A stretch of DNA of 51,603 nt from Candidatus Puniceispirillum sp. (GTDB lineage Bacteria; Pseudomonadota; Alphaproteobacteria; Puniceispirillales; Puniceispirillaceae): contig JADHLR010000001.1 of the NCBI GenBank assembly GCA_016780525.1, forward strand, positions 1 to 51,603. The letters are read 5' to 3'. The notes below the pieces were generated by a model. That model was not told where the DNA came from, made no database searches, and saw only the letters and a list, made by a program, of their open reading frames with translations. Numbering within the stretch: the first letter of the stretch is position 1; each line of letters begins with the position of its first letter. The translations under genes were made by a program, and so were the position numbers. Below are positions 1 to 10,605 of this stretch, in pieces.

Positions 1-1756
1 AATCACGCACCCCGGCCACCGACAAAATGCTGTTTTCGGTTTCCTGCACCAGCAGGTCACGTTCCTTCGCCGATAAATCACCGCGTGCCAGCACCTGCAC
101 CTGCGCCTGTTCCGGCTCAATATCCGGGAAAAACTCAACACCCAGACCGGCCGATACATAGCCCATAAAGCTGGCTGTCATGATACTGACAACGGCTGTC
201 ATCACAACGATTGGCCGGCGCACGGCAAATTTCAGGACCCGCCGGTAAAATTGCGGCGCTGTTGCCACCACCGCGGTTCGGTCAATATGGCGTTTGCCAA
301 TCAACCCCCCTAATACCGGAATAAAAATCAACGCCATCAGCAAGGATGCGACCAACACGGCGACCACGGTCATCGGCAGATATTTCATAAATTGCCCGAC
401 TATTCCCGGCCAGACAAGCAATGGCAAAAACACCATCAATGTGGTGATTGTCGATGAAATAATTGGCCAGGCCATACGCTGTGCACCGGCCCGGTAAGCG
501 TCGCGCCGATGCATGCCGGTGGCAATTTGCCGATCCGCATATTCGGTGGTGACAATGACCCCGTCAACCAGCATGCCGGCGACCAATATCAACGAGAACA
601 GCACGACAATATTCATCGTCACACCGACTGCGTTCAGCACCGTAATGCCGACAAAAAATGATCCGGGAATAGCCAGACCCACCAATGTTGCATTACGCAA
701 CCCCAGCATTGCCAGAACCACGATCATCACAATGATCACCGCCGCCATGACATTATTGCCAAGATCACTTAACATGCGGCGCACTTCCTGCGAATCGTCA
801 AAAAGATAGCTGACTTTGACATCCGGGCTGATTTTCGGTGCGGCGTTGTCGATCACTGTGCGTGCCGCCTCAACAACTTCGATCACATTGGCGCCAACCC
901 GCTTGCGGACATCCAGCACAATCGCCGCTTCACCATTCACCCGGCTCCAGCCTTCGGCCTGCCGAAAGGTGCGGCGCACCACCGCCACATCGCCAAAATT
1001 GATGCTGCGGCCATCGCGTGCTTTGATCGGCATATTGATCAGATCGTCAACCGTTTCGATCACACCCGGCACCTTGACCACCAGCCGGCCGCCGCCATCA
1101 TCAATCGCCCCGGCCGTCACCAGCTGGTTATTCTGCCGCACCAGATTGCTGACTTCAGACGGGTCAATGCCATAGGCCTCAATCGCCGACGCATCGACCA
1201 GAATTTCCAAAACCTCTTCGCGATCACCGCCAATCTCAACTTCAAGAACACCCGGCAGTGATTCAAGACGGTCTTTGATACGCCGCGCGGCCTGCACCAT
1301 TTCGCGCTCCGGCACCGGCCCGTAAAGCGCCGCCGTCAACACCGGAAACAACGACAGGCTGACCTCGATAACTTTTGGTTCATCGGCATCTGCCGGCAAA
1401 TCCGGCTTGGCATCATCTACCGCCTGTCGCACATCGGCAATGGCGGTATCAATATCTTCGCCAGCGGCAAACTCCAGCGACACCGATCCATACCCCTCGG
1501 CTGCCACCGATGACATCCTGTCCAGCCCTTCGACCGAACGTAAATGTTTTTCCAGTGGCTTGACCAACAGACGTTCGGCATCTTCTGGCGAAATGCCCTC
1601 ATAGCCGACTGAAACATAAGCAACCGGAATATCAATATCAGGCCGGGCTTCTTTCGGAATGCTGAAATAGGACGACACCCCGGCTGCAAATAACAGCAAC
1701 AACCCCACCAATACCGCACTGGTTCGCGAAAACGCCGCATTGATGATGCTGTTCAT
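1..1756 (-). CDS. RND efflux transporter permease (AcrB/AcrD/AcrF family), 3' part beyond window start
   Basis: Absent from the ORF track because it runs off the edge. Manual translation from ATG 1756 gives MNSIINAAFSRTSAVLVGLLLLFAAG...IPKEARPDIDIP...GISPEDAERLLVKPLE, and later LILVAGMLVDGVIVTTE, both typical RND motifs. ATGA overlap with the upstream adaptor gene. Confidence 0.93.
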   Translation of the reverse strand, partial: MNSIINAAFSRTSAVLVGLLLLFAAGVSSYFSIPKEARPDIDIPVAYVSVGYEGISPEDAERLLVKPLEKHLRSVEGLDRMSSVAAEGYGSVSLEFAAGEDIDTAIADVRQAVDDAKPDLPADADEPKVIEVSLSLFPVLTAALYGPVPEREMVQAARRIKDRLESLPGVLEVEIGGDREEVLEILVDASAIEAYGIDPSEVSNLVRQNNQLVTAGAIDDGGGRLVVKVPGVIETVDDLINMPIKARDGRSINFGDVAVVRRTFRQAEGWSRVNGEAAIVLDVRKRVGANVIEVVEAARTVIDNAAPKISPDVKVSYLFDDSQEVRRMLSDLGNNVMAAVIIVMIVVLAMLGLRNATLVGLAIPGSFFVGITVLNAVGVTMNIVVLFSLILVAGMLVDGVIVTTEYADRQIATGMHRRDAYRAGAQRMAWPIISSTITTLMVFLPLLVWPGIVGQFMKYLPMTVVAVLVASLLMALIFIPVLGGLIGKRHIDRTAVVATAPQFYRRVLKFAVRRPIVVMTAVVSIMTASFMGYVSAGLGVEFFPDIEPEQAQVQVLARGDLSAKERDLLVQETENSILSVAGVRD

Positions 1757-2832
1757 GATGCCGAAGCCAGACTATAAGTAACAGCGTCGCCAGCAGACAC
1801 AAAAGCCTGCCCGACAGTTAATAAAATTGTGCCGTTATCCAGCCCTGAGACAAAGACCAGTTCAGCCCCGGTGCGCACCACCTCAACCGGTACAAGATGC
1901 ACCAGGTCACCGCGGCTGACCTTGGCCATCAGCTGACCATTTTCGGTAACCGACAAATGCGCTGGCGACACCCCAAAAGCGGTCACCACGCCGGTATCAA
2001 TGGTCGCTTCAACGCTCATGCCGGCGCGCAGCAAACGGTCGCTATTTGGCATATCGATGGTCACCTCAAATGTCCGCGTTGCGGCATTTGACTGGGCGGC
2101 AATTTTCGTCACTTTGCCCTGACGTTTGACGCCGGACACCAGCAATGTCACAGCGTTACCAATGTTGATATTGGCGATGTCTGTCTGTGGCACGGCAACC
2201 ACCACCGACAGCGTATCAAGACCCAGAATGGTCGCCGCCGGCATATCGCTGCGCATGCGTTCGCCGGCCTCTACATGCAGGGTTTCAAGATGGCCCGACA
2301 CCGGCGAGGCAATCACCGTGTCATCAAGCTGCTCTTGCAGCAGCGTCAGTTGCACCAGCGCATTCTGGTAATCGGCGGCACGCTCTGCTTGTTCAAGCGG
2401 GGCGCTGAAATTTTCCTTGGCCAAACGCGCCGCCACTTCCTGGCGTTTTTTGGCAACCTCCAGATTGGCCCGTGCGGCGCGAATTTGCTCGGGTAATGTG
2501 CCGGAATCAAGCTGCACCAGAACATCGCCTTTTTTTACGTCACTTCCCTCTTTGCTGCCGATTTTGACAATCTCACCGGATGTTTTCGCCGACACGGTCA
2601 CCACAAATTCGGCCTCACTAAAGCCGTTGGCACGCACAACTTGGGTGATTGGCTGGTTTTCGACGCGGACAGCCGACACGATAAATTGCGGGGTTTTTTT
2701 CGCCGCATCTTCAGCGCTATCTATCTCAGCTTCGGCTGTCGGCGCCGATCCAAAGATGTTGTCAGACAGCATCCACGCGGTAACGCCGAGCGCCACCGCC
2801 CCGGCCAGAATATAAGATTTTTTTGAAGTCAT
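1753..2832 (-). CDS. RND efflux periplasmic adaptor (membrane fusion protein)
   Basis: N-terminal TM helix, lipoyl-like half motifs (SGEIVKI...EGSDVKKGDVLVQLD; IASPVSG), TRTFEV and LRAGMSVEA. Start taken at MTSKKS (2832); the ORF track start is 2853. Confidence 0.92.
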   Translation of the reverse strand: MTSKKSYILAGAVALGVTAWMLSDNIFGSAPTAEAEIDSAEDAAKKTPQFIVSAVRVENQPITQVVRANGFSEAEFVVTVSAKTSGEIVKIGSKEGSDVKKGDVLVQLDSGTLPEQIRAARANLEVAKKRQEVAARLAKENFSAPLEQAERAADYQNALVQLTLLQEQLDDTVIASPVSGHLETLHVEAGERMRSDMPAATILGLDTLSVVVAVPQTDIANINIGNAVTLLVSGVKRQGKVTKIAAQSNAATRTFEVTIDMPNSDRLLRAGMSVEATIDTGVVTAFGVSPAHLSVTENGQLMAKVSRGDLVHLVPVEVVRTGAELVFVSGLDNGTILLTVGQAFVSAGDAVTYSLASAS

Positions 2833-2916
2833 TTCTGCCGCCTTGCCAGACATGTGTCATCTTGGACTGCCCACACACATATAAGTCGTTTTACCCACCG
2901 CTGCAAGACAGACAGC

Positions 2917-4530
2917 TTATCTCCGGCTTGCTAGAATCAGTTCAGCGGCCTTATGCGCCACCATAATTGTCGGCGCATTTGTATTGGCCGAGGTGATGTT
3001 TGGAAAGATCGCCGCATCAGCCACCCGCAGCCGGTCAACACCATACACACGAAGCTGTGGATCAACGACACAATGGCGTTGATCAGGCCCCATCCGGCAG
3101 GTGCCAGTCGGATGAAACACCGTGCCGCTACGCGCTTTGAAATCGTCAAGAATATGCGCGTCTGACAGGGCCTGCAAATCAGTCTCCGGCGGCGCTGCCA
3201 GTAATTGCTGTACCGCCGGGCTATGTTGCATACGCCCGATAAAGCGTGCCATCCGGATCACATCATCAAGATCACGCTGATCATCCAGATAATTGCCATG
3301 AATGGCTGGCGCAACTGTGGCATCCGGCGATTTTATCGACACCGATCCGGTGCTGTGGGGGCGGCAGGCATTAAAGCTAAGAACAAAGCCGGGGGCGCGA
3401 TCCGGTTTTGTCAGCCGGCGCTTGTTATCATCGGGAATACGATAGGTAATCGGGTTGATATAAAGCTGTGTGTCCAGTCGCGGCGCGTCTGCTGTTGCCC
3501 GCACCAACCCGCCAAGCTGGTTGACACCAATCGATAACGGCCCCTGACGCTGTAATAGATAGCGCGCCCCTGCCAGCAGCAGATGCGGCCAGCTGCCCAA
3601 AATATTATTCAATGTCGGGCGGTTTGCCAGATGGAAATAATTGATGCCAAGATGATCAGCCAGATGCTGGCCGACATTTGGCTGATCACAGACAGTTTCA
3701 ATGCCGTGCGACTGACACAACGCGCCGGGGCCGATGCCGGATAATTGCAAGATATGGGGTGACCCGATGGCACCGGCTGCCAAGATGATTTCGGCACGCG
3801 CCGAAAAAATATGCGACTGGCCATGCTGTTCTGCCGCCACCCCCACCGCAGCACCATCTCGTATGATGAGTTTGGTTACCATGGCACCGGTCATAACCCG
3901 CAGATTTTGCCGGTGTTTCGCTGGCCATAAAAACGCCGTTGCCGATGAACAGCGCTTGCCATTGCGGGTGGTGATATAATAGGGGTAGACGCCTTCGCCG
4001 CTCATCTGACAGCGCTCTTTATGCGGTATCTGCAACTCGCGGCTCATCGCAAAAAATGCCGATTTAATCGGATGATATTGATCGGCGACATCGGTAATTG
4101 TCAGCTTGCCAGCCGCATTTTGCGGTGGCTGATTGGCGCCGACAACGCTCTCAAAACGCTCAAAAAAAGGTAACAGAGACTGATAATCCCAGCCCGCATT
4201 ACCAGCCCGCTGCCAGTCGTCATAATCGCTTGCTTGCCCGCGGTGATAGACCAGCGCGTTAATTGAGCCGGATCCCCCCAAAACCTTGCCGCGTGGCATA
4301 TACATGCTGCGGCCGTTAAGCCCGGCCTCGGGCACCCCATGAAACCGCCAATTCACCGATGGGTCAGTAAAGGTCGCACCATAGCCGATTGGCGTCTGCA
4401 CCCAGAAACGGCGATCCGACGGCCCTGCCTCAAGCAGTAAAACCGAGTGCCGCCCATCCGCGCTCAGCTTGTCCGCCAGCACACATCCGGCTGAACCTGC
4501 TCCGACAATAATATAATCAAATGCTGTCAT
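2917..4530 (-). CDS. GMC-family FAD oxidoreductase (choline dehydrogenase-like, substrate unknown)
   Basis: DYIIVGAGSAGCVLA, RGKVLGGSGSIN, FHPTGTCRMG and SANTNAPTIM motifs. Probable start at MTAFDY (4530). Confidence 0.9.
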   Translation of the reverse strand: MTAFDYIIVGAGSAGCVLADKLSADGRHSVLLLEAGPSDRRFWVQTPIGYGATFTDPSVNWRFHGVPEAGLNGRSMYMPRGKVLGGSGSINALVYHRGQASDYDDWQRAGNAGWDYQSLLPFFERFESVVGANQPPQNAAGKLTITDVADQYHPIKSAFFAMSRELQIPHKERCQMSGEGVYPYYITTRNGKRCSSATAFLWPAKHRQNLRVMTGAMVTKLIIRDGAAVGVAAEQHGQSHIFSARAEIILAAGAIGSPHILQLSGIGPGALCQSHGIETVCDQPNVGQHLADHLGINYFHLANRPTLNNILGSWPHLLLAGARYLLQRQGPLSIGVNQLGGLVRATADAPRLDTQLYINPITYRIPDDNKRRLTKPDRAPGFVLSFNACRPHSTGSVSIKSPDATVAPAIHGNYLDDQRDLDDVIRMARFIGRMQHSPAVQQLLAAPPETDLQALSDAHILDDFKARSGTVFHPTGTCRMGPDQRHCVVDPQLRVYGVDRLRVADAAIFPNITSANTNAPTIMVAHKAAELILASRR

Positions 4531-4673
4531 CGTCCCCACCAACCGCAACGATGCTGTGCCACTGGCAGCCATGCCCGTTTGATGCAAATTCTGTTGCAGA
4601 GTGAGGCCAAACCGGGCTATTTTGCAATGCGAAAAATCACCGGCTGCAAAAATTTCCGACCGACTACGCGCAG

Positions 4674-5375
4674 CTAGACACCGCCATGCGCCTGTGACCA
4701 GTCTCGCGGATTATGCAAAAACGCCTCAACCGCCGACAGCGTCGCCGTGTCAAACCGACCCGACTCCTTGCAGGCTGCCAGAACATCCCACCATGTCGCC
4801 AGATAATGCAGCTTGATACCAACCTCGGCCAGACGATCGGGCGTGTCGGTGAAAATATCATAATAGAAAATGACAAAAGTATGCGCGACTTCAGCACCGG
4901 CGGTGCGCAAAGCCTCAACAAAATTCAGCTTGCTGCCACCATCGGTGGTCAAATCTTCAACCAGCAGGATTCGCTGGCCGTCTTTAATGTCGCCCTCAAT
5001 TCTGGCATCGCGGCCAAAGCCTTTTGGTTTTTTCCGTACATATTGCATGGGAAGATGCGTGCGCTCGGCAAGCCATGCGGCAAACGGAATGCCAGCGGTT
5101 TCGCCACCAGCCAGCGCATCCAGCGACTCATAGCCAATATCATTCAGAATCACCGTTGCGCCATAATCCATCATGGCCGCCCGCATCCGCGGAAATGAAA
5201 TGATTTTGCGGCAATCAATATAGACCGGGCTGACCATCCCGGAGGTCAGTTTGAACGGCTCGTCGGCGCGGAATAATACCGCATCAATTTCAAGCAGCAT
5301 GCGCGCCACAGACCGGGCCATCGCGGCTTTGTCATAAACATATGTGATATCACCGCCTGCTGAATAATCGCTCAT
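4674..5375 (-). CDS. pyrE: Orotate phosphoribosyltransferase
   Basis: [26 protein letters not shown] and the PRPP-binding motif [12 protein letters not shown]. Confidence 0.95.
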   Translation of the reverse strand: MSDYSAGGDITYVYDKAAMARSVARMLLEIDAVLFRADEPFKLTSGMVSPVYIDCRKIISFPRMRAAMMDYGATVILNDIGYESLDALAGGETAGIPFAAWLAERTHLPMQYVRKKPKGFGRDARIEGDIKDGQRILLVEDLTTDGGSKLNFVEALRTAGAEVAHTFVIFYYDIFTDTPDRLAEVGIKLHYLATWWDVLAACKESGRFDTATLSAVEAFLHNPRDWSQAHGGV

Positions 5376-5387
5376 CTGGCCATCCTG

Positions 5388-5417
5388 TTACTGGTTTTGT
5401 CTTTACTGGTTCTGTCA
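5388..5417. repeat. 15-bp imperfect tandem duplication upstream of pyrE
   Basis: TTACTGGTTTTGTCT / TTACTGGTTCTGTCA. Confidence 0.8.
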
Positions 5418-5517
5418 TTGCTTGCGCAGCACCGCGCCGCGCCGAGCATCATAGCGATAACCGCCCGGCTTGTCATTATCGTGTTATCTGATTGACGCAG
5501 CCGACAGACCGGCGGGA

Positions 5518-7332
5518 TCAGGCGCGCGCTGCTTTTTTGCGTTCATGTGGACACAGATATTGTTTGCGCAGCCGCAGGTTGGTTGGCGTCACTTCAAGCA
5601 ATTCATCTTCATTGATATAGGCCATCATTTCTTCGAGCGACATCCGCACCGGCGGCACCAGCTTGACAGCATCATCGCTCCCCGACGCCCGCACATTGGT
5701 CAATTGCTTGCCTTTGAGCACATTGATCTCAAGGTCATTGCCCCGGCTATGTTCACCAACGATCATGCCCTGATAGACAGCGGTTTGCGGCCCCACAAAC
5801 ATCTGCCCGCGATCCTGCAGGTTAAACAGCGCATAGGCCACAGCCATGCCGGAATCAGTCGATATCAAAGCACCATTACGGCGGCTTTCGATGGGCCCTT
5901 TATGCGGCCCGAATGAGTGAAAAATACGGTTTAATACGCCGGTGCCACGGGTCTGTGTCAAAAACCGGCTTTGATAGCCAATCAGCCCGCGCGACGGGGC
6001 CAAAAACAACAGCCGGGTTTTGCCGGCACCAGCCGACCGCATATCCAGCATTTCGCCTTTGCGCCGGTTCAGACTGTCAACAACAGCGCTGGCATATTCC
6101 TCGTCAACATCAATGGTCACTTCTTCAATTGGCTCAAGGCGGCTGCCATCTTCGGCTTGCTGATACAACACACGCGGCCGCGACACGGTCATCTCAAAAC
6201 CCTCGCGGCGCATGGTTTCGATCAATACGCCAAGCTGTAATTCGCCACGCCCACCAATTTCAAAAGCATCACGGTTGCTGCTTTCGGTAAAGGTGATCGC
6301 CACATTGGTCTCTGCCTCGGCCAGCAATCGTTCCCGAATCACCGTCGAGGTCACTTTTTTGCCCTCACGGCCGGCGAGCGGCGAATCATTGACCGTGATA
6401 TTGACCGACATTGTTGGCGGATCAATCGGTGTTGAGCGTAATGGCTCGGTCACTTCGGGCACACAGATCGTGTCGGAAACCGAGCTTTTCGTCAGCCCGG
6501 CAATACATACAATGTCACCCGCCATCACCTTATCAACCGGCACCCGGCTGGTGCCTTCAAACCGCAATAATTTTGTCAGCCGGCCGCTTTCCACAACCTC
6601 GCCATCCAGATTCAGTCCACGCACCGAATCATTGACCGATGCCTGGCCCTGCATCACCCGACCGACAAGACAGCGCCCAAGATAAGGATCTGAATCGAGC
6701 AAGGTCGCCAGCATGGCAAATGGCGCATCATGCGCGACATCAGGCTGCGGCACATGGTCGAGGATCACATCCAGCAACGGGTGCAGATTATCCCGTGGGT
6801 CTTCCAGTTCGCGCACACACCAGCCATCACGACCAGACGCGTAGAGAATAGGAAATTCAAGCTGTTGTTCATTCGCATCAAGTGCCACAAACAAATCAAA
6901 AACCTCGTCCACGACCTCTTCCGGGCGGGCATCACCACGATCAATTTTATTGATGATGACAATCGGCCGCAGCCCTTGTGCCAGCGCCTTGCCAAGAACA
7001 AATTTCGTTTGTGGCATTGGCCCCTCGGCAGCGTCGGTAAGCAGAATCACACCATCCGCCATGCCAAGAACACGCTCGACCTCACCGCCAAAATCAGCAT
7101 GGCCGGGGGTGTCGATGATATTGATTCGTATATCGCGCCACATAATTGATGTCGGTTTGGCAAGAATGGTGATGCCGCGTTCTTTTTCCAGATCACCTGA
7201 ATCCATCATCCTTTCATCGACCGTCTGATTGTCGCGGAACATGCCGCTTTGTTTCATGATCGAGTCGATGAGTGTCGTTTTGCCATGGTCAACATGGGCA
7301 ATAATGGCAATATTGCGCAATTCCTGGGTCAT
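5518..7332 (-). CDS. typA: Translational GTPase TypA/BipA
   Basis: RNIAIIAHVDHGKTTL, ERGITILAK, DTPGHADFGGEVER, GRGELQL and the C-terminal KQLTNVRASGSD. Confidence 0.98.
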   Translation of the reverse strand: MTQELRNIAIIAHVDHGKTTLIDSIMKQSGMFRDNQTVDERMMDSGDLEKERGITILAKPTSIMWRDIRINIIDTPGHADFGGEVERVLGMADGVILLTDAAEGPMPQTKFVLGKALAQGLRPIVIINKIDRGDARPEEVVDEVFDLFVALDANEQQLEFPILYASGRDGWCVRELEDPRDNLHPLLDVILDHVPQPDVAHDAPFAMLATLLDSDPYLGRCLVGRVMQGQASVNDSVRGLNLDGEVVESGRLTKLLRFEGTSRVPVDKVMAGDIVCIAGLTKSSVSDTICVPEVTEPLRSTPIDPPTMSVNITVNDSPLAGREGKKVTSTVIRERLLAEAETNVAITFTESSNRDAFEIGGRGELQLGVLIETMRREGFEMTVSRPRVLYQQAEDGSRLEPIEEVTIDVDEEYASAVVDSLNRRKGEMLDMRSAGAGKTRLLFLAPSRGLIGYQSRFLTQTRGTGVLNRIFHSFGPHKGPIESRRNGALISTDSGMAVAYALFNLQDRGQMFVGPQTAVYQGMIVGEHSRGNDLEINVLKGKQLTNVRASGSDDAVKLVPPVRMSLEEMMAYINEDELLEVTPTNLRLRKQYLCPHERKKAARA

Positions 7333-7351
7333 ATAAATGTCTCTTATTTTG

Positions 7352-7382
7352 GCGTCATATCGGGGTTTAGCGTCATATCGGG
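7352..7382. repeat. 13-bp direct repeat (18-bp period) upstream of typA
   Basis: GCGTCATATCGGG at 7352-7364 and 7370-7382. Confidence 0.8.
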
Positions 7383-7445
7383 CCCGCGCCGCATTCCTAC
7401 TGCCAATACACAGTAATGGAAAGCGTTATTTTACACGCCAGCCGA

Positions 7446-8114
7446 CTATTTCACACTCTGATCGGCAAAAAGCCAGCCGCAAACAAGGCTGGCAGCGGCA
7501 GCGGCAAGCATCTGCGCGATAATGAAAAACGGCATATCACCGGGGAAAATACCCGAAAAACTATCGGTGAATGAGCGCGCAATGGTCACCGCCGGATTGG
7601 CAAAACTGGTCGATGCGGTGAACCAATAGGCAGCCGTGATATACAGCCCGACCAGCCATGGCACGGCTGTCTGGCGATAACAAATGCCACCAAAAATGAC
7701 CGCCAGAAGACCAAAAGTGGCGACAAATTCAGACCCATATTGCGCCATCCCGGATCGCATATGCGCCGAGGTCTGCCAGACCGTTTGTTCAAACATCAGA
7801 TGCGCCAAAACCGTTCCGCACAGGCCACCAATAATTTGCCAGATCGCATATAGCGCGGCAATTTTCGGCGTGATTTCACCGCGCAGGGCAAAGGCAAAAC
7901 TGACCGCCGGGTTGAAATGCGCGCCGGATAGCGGGCCAAGAATTGTAATTAACACCACCAGAATGGCACCGGTGGCAATGGTATTGCCAAGCAAAGCAAT
8001 GGCCACATTACCACCCGCCAGTTGCTCGGCCATGATGCCTGACCCGACAACCGTGGCGACCAGCATCATCGTGCCAAACCATTCGGCAAATAACCGGCGT
8101 GACAGGCTGACCAT
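7446..8114 (-). CDS. MIP/aquaporin family channel, AqpS-like (arsenite efflux candidate)
   Basis: SGAHFNPAVS and STSFANPAVT motifs plus about six hydrophobic helices. Coupled to arsC by a TGATG overlap. Confidence 0.88.
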   Translation of the reverse strand: MVSLSRRLFAEWFGTMMLVATVVGSGIMAEQLAGGNVAIALLGNTIATGAILVVLITILGPLSGAHFNPAVSFAFALRGEITPKIAALYAIWQIIGGLCGTVLAHLMFEQTVWQTSAHMRSGMAQYGSEFVATFGLLAVIFGGICYRQTAVPWLVGLYITAAYWFTASTSFANPAVTIARSFTDSFSGIFPGDMPFFIIAQMLAAAAASLVCGWLFADQSVK

Positions 8115-8614
8115 CAGCTGGCCTCACGGCTTTGCAGCTGTTGCGCCAGACTGCCGATATTTGCGGCATTCGGATGCTGCGCCAACAGCTGTGTCAGGCG
8201 CTGTACGAAAACGTCATAGGTGGCCTTAAAGGCCGCATCAATTTCATCCCGATCACCCTCAACAGCGGCCGGGTCAGGCAGACCCCAATGCGCGGTTGCC
8301 GGGCGGCCGGGCCAGACCGGGCAGGTTTCGCCAGCCGCGTTATCGCAAACCGTCACAATCAAATCGAAATGCGGGGCATCAGCGCCGGAAAATTCATCCC
8401 AGCTTTTGGAACGCGCAAAACTGGTATCAATATCATGCTGGCGCAACACCGCAATGGCGTGCGGGTTTGGCATGCCGGTTGGAAATGAGCCAGCCGAAAA
8501 CACCCGGAAACCATCGCCGCCCAGAGTGCGCAATACCCCCTCGGCAATCAGCGATCGCGCCGAATTTCCAGTACATAAAAATAAGACATGAAGCGGTGCG
8601 GTCGATGCGGTCAC
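8114..8614 (-). CDS. arsC: Arsenate reductase, LMW-PTPase (thioredoxin-type) family
   Basis: [12 protein letters not shown]-loop, [23 protein letters not shown] and [11 protein letters not shown] start. Confidence 0.92.
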   Translation of the reverse strand: MTASTAPLHVLFLCTGNSARSLIAEGVLRTLGGDGFRVFSAGSFPTGMPNPHAIAVLRQHDIDTSFARSKSWDEFSGADAPHFDLIVTVCDNAAGETCPVWPGRPATAHWGLPDPAAVEGDRDEIDAAFKATYDVFVQRLTQLLAQHPNAANIGSLAQQLQSREAS

Positions 8615-8664
8615 GAGATACCAACCCTTTACATTTGTTAATATTTTTAAGATACAGGTCTAAT

Positions 8665-8811
8665 ATGACAAAGATGTTAAAAAAAGCCAACCTGCCAACA
8701 AAAATATGCGCCCATTGCGGACGCCCATTCACATGGCGCAAAAAATGGGAACGTGACTGGCCGCAGGTCCGCTATTGTTCAAAACGCTGCCAATCCGGCA
8801 AATCGGCTTAA
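8665..8811 (+). CDS. DUF2256 small Cys-rich protein
   Basis: [37 protein letters not shown] is the DUF2256 signature. It is the 3' end of track ORF 8296..8811; ATG at 8665 (or 8674). Confidence 0.88.
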   Translation: MTKMLKKANLPTKICAHCGRPFTWRKKWERDWPQVRYCSKRCQSGKSA

Positions 8812-9278
8812 CCCCGGCCGCTGCTCGCCTGACGCAACAGCAATTCCAGCGCATTTCGGAACTGTGACCGGTCTCTGGCGGAAAAACTCTTGCCGCGATG
8901 TTTGCCGCCTTCCTGCATAAACACATCGGCTGCCCGCCGATCTGCCAGCAAATCGCGGGTGGCGAGCTGCATTCCGATATTTGACGCGGTAAAGATATCA
9001 CCATTCGGCCGCAACGCCACCGCGCCTGCCGCCAGCACTTTTGCTGCCAGTGGAATGTCACTGGTGATCACAATGTCACCCGGCTGCACCTGCATGGCGA
9101 TATATTTGTCGGCCTCATCCGGCCCGGCATCCACAATCACCAGCTCCACCAGCGGGTTGGCTGATGGCCGAATGCCGCCGTTTGATACCAATATCATGTT
9201 GCACTGATGGCGGTTTGCCAGCTGTTCGGTCTCGGCCTTGACCGGGCAGGCATCAGCATCAACGTAAATCACCGGCAT
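8808..9278 (-). CDS. yaiI: YaiI/YqxD family protein (UPF0178/DUF188)
   Basis: [18 protein letters not shown] and [13 protein letters not shown] motifs. Confidence 0.9.
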   Translation of the reverse strand: MPVIYVDADACPVKAETEQLANRHQCNMILVSNGGIRPSANPLVELVIVDAGPDEADKYIAMQVQPGDIVITSDIPLAAKVLAAGAVALRPNGDIFTASNIGMQLATRDLLADRRAADVFMQEGGKHRGKSFSARDRSQFRNALELLLRQASSGRG

Positions 9279-9291
9279 CAGTCCTACCCGG

Positions 9292-9747
9292 TTAGCATGC
9301 GTCGGCCAGCGCCATCACAGTGGCCTCGATTGCCGCTTTATCGATGACTTCGCCAACCAGCCCGTTTTTCAATGTCTCGCCAATCGCAACTTCATCAATA
9401 TAAATGCCAAAATCATCGGTGCCATAGCAATCCGCCGGAATCCATGCAAATACCGTCTGATGATGTTTTGGTGTTATGCGGCGGGCTTCGTCAGACAGTG
9501 GTTCGGGCGAGTCAAACTGTGTTGTCACCGCTACCGTGACCATGAATTTTTGCACGTCCTTATTGGCAATTTCAACGCTGATCGGCATGGTGACAACAAC
9601 ATCGCTGGCATTTGTGTCACGCATATAGCTGAGCAATGCCCCATCATGGGATTGCATAATATCTGCCAGCGGCACGAAATGCGCCGGGGACAGCTGGTCA
9701 GCCGCATCTTTTGACGTTGCCGCATCTTTTGATGTTAAACGTGACAT
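9292..9747 (-). CDS. Hypothetical protein (acidic, ~151 aa)
   Basis: Fills the gap between phoB and yaiI in the same orientation. Protein-like composition; probable start at MSRLT (9747) after a purine-rich RBS. No family recognised. Confidence 0.65.
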   Translation of the reverse strand: MSRLTSKDAATSKDAADQLSPAHFVPLADIMQSHDGALLSYMRDTNASDVVVTMPISVEIANKDVQKFMVTVAVTTQFDSPEPLSDEARRITPKHHQTVFAWIPADCYGTDDFGIYIDEVAIGETLKNGLVGEVIDKAAIEATVMALADAC

Positions 9748-9888
9748 AACCCTGCCTTGCTGTGATGTGTCCCGCAATAGCCGCATTGCCGCTGCTGTGT
9801 GTCCGTGCCCAGTGGTACCAGCCATTGCCGCCAGGTGCAAAGCGATATTTCAATGTCGCCCGGTTGGATGGCGGCTGCGTATTACCGC

Positions 9889-10590
9889 TTAATGCGGGGC
9901 GCGCAAGGCATAGCCGCTGCCGCGAACGGTGCGGATCAAATTCGGCATTTCAGCCCGGCCGTCTGGTTTGTTAATGGCTTTGCGCAAACGGCTGAGATGC
10001 ACATCAACCGTGCGTTCCTCAACATACACACCATGCCCCCAGACAAGATCAAGAAGCTGTGCGCGGCTAAACACCTGACCGGGGCGTTCGATCAGAATCG
10101 ATAACAGACGAAATTCCTTTGGCCCCAACGGAACCATCTGACCGGCCCGATGCACCTCCATCCGGCTCGGAAAAAGCTGCAAATCTTCAAATTCCAGCGT
10201 ATCGTTCATCAATGCCGGACGCGAGCGCCGCAACAGCGCCTTGACCCGCGACACCAGTTCACGCGGCGAGAATGGCTTTGACATATAGTCATCAGCACCA
10301 GTATCCAGCCCCAATGTCCGGTCACCTTCTTCACCGCGCGCACTCAGAATAATCACTGGCAAAAGCTTGGTATCAGCGCGCGACCGCAGGGCGCGACATA
10401 GTTCAATCCCCGACATATGCGGCATCATCCAATCCAGAATCACAAGATCCGGGTGATGTTCTTCGATTTGCCGTAACGCATCATGGCCATCCATGGCCTG
10501 TAATACGACAAAGCCAGCTTGCTCCAGATTATAGGACAATAACTCAAGCTGGTTTGGTTCATCATCTGCAATTAAGATCGTTACTGCCAT
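9889..10590 (-). CDS. phoB: Phosphate regulon response regulator PhoB
   Basis: Receiver LDWMMP, OmpR-type wHTH (LGPKEFRLL, ERTVDVHLSRLRK, IRTVRGSGY), located after phoU. Confidence 0.96.
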   Translation of the reverse strand: MAVTILIADDEPNQLELLSYNLEQAGFVVLQAMDGHDALRQIEEHHPDLVILDWMMPHMSGIELCRALRSRADTKLLPVIILSARGEEGDRTLGLDTGADDYMSKPFSPRELVSRVKALLRRSRPALMNDTLEFEDLQLFPSRMEVHRAGQMVPLGPKEFRLLSILIERPGQVFSRAQLLDLVWGHGVYVEERTVDVHLSRLRKAINKPDGRAEMPNLIRTVRGSGYALRAPH

Positions 10591-10605
10591 TTGTCATCAC
10601 ATTGG

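Noticed and set aside
2917-4530. betA choline dehydrogenase
   Set aside because: Only generic GMC motifs are present, with no betB/betI context.
8296-8664. 171-aa ORF as a long DUF2256 fusion
   Set aside because: The N-terminal part is antisense to arsC and not protein-like; only the last ~48 codons are credible.
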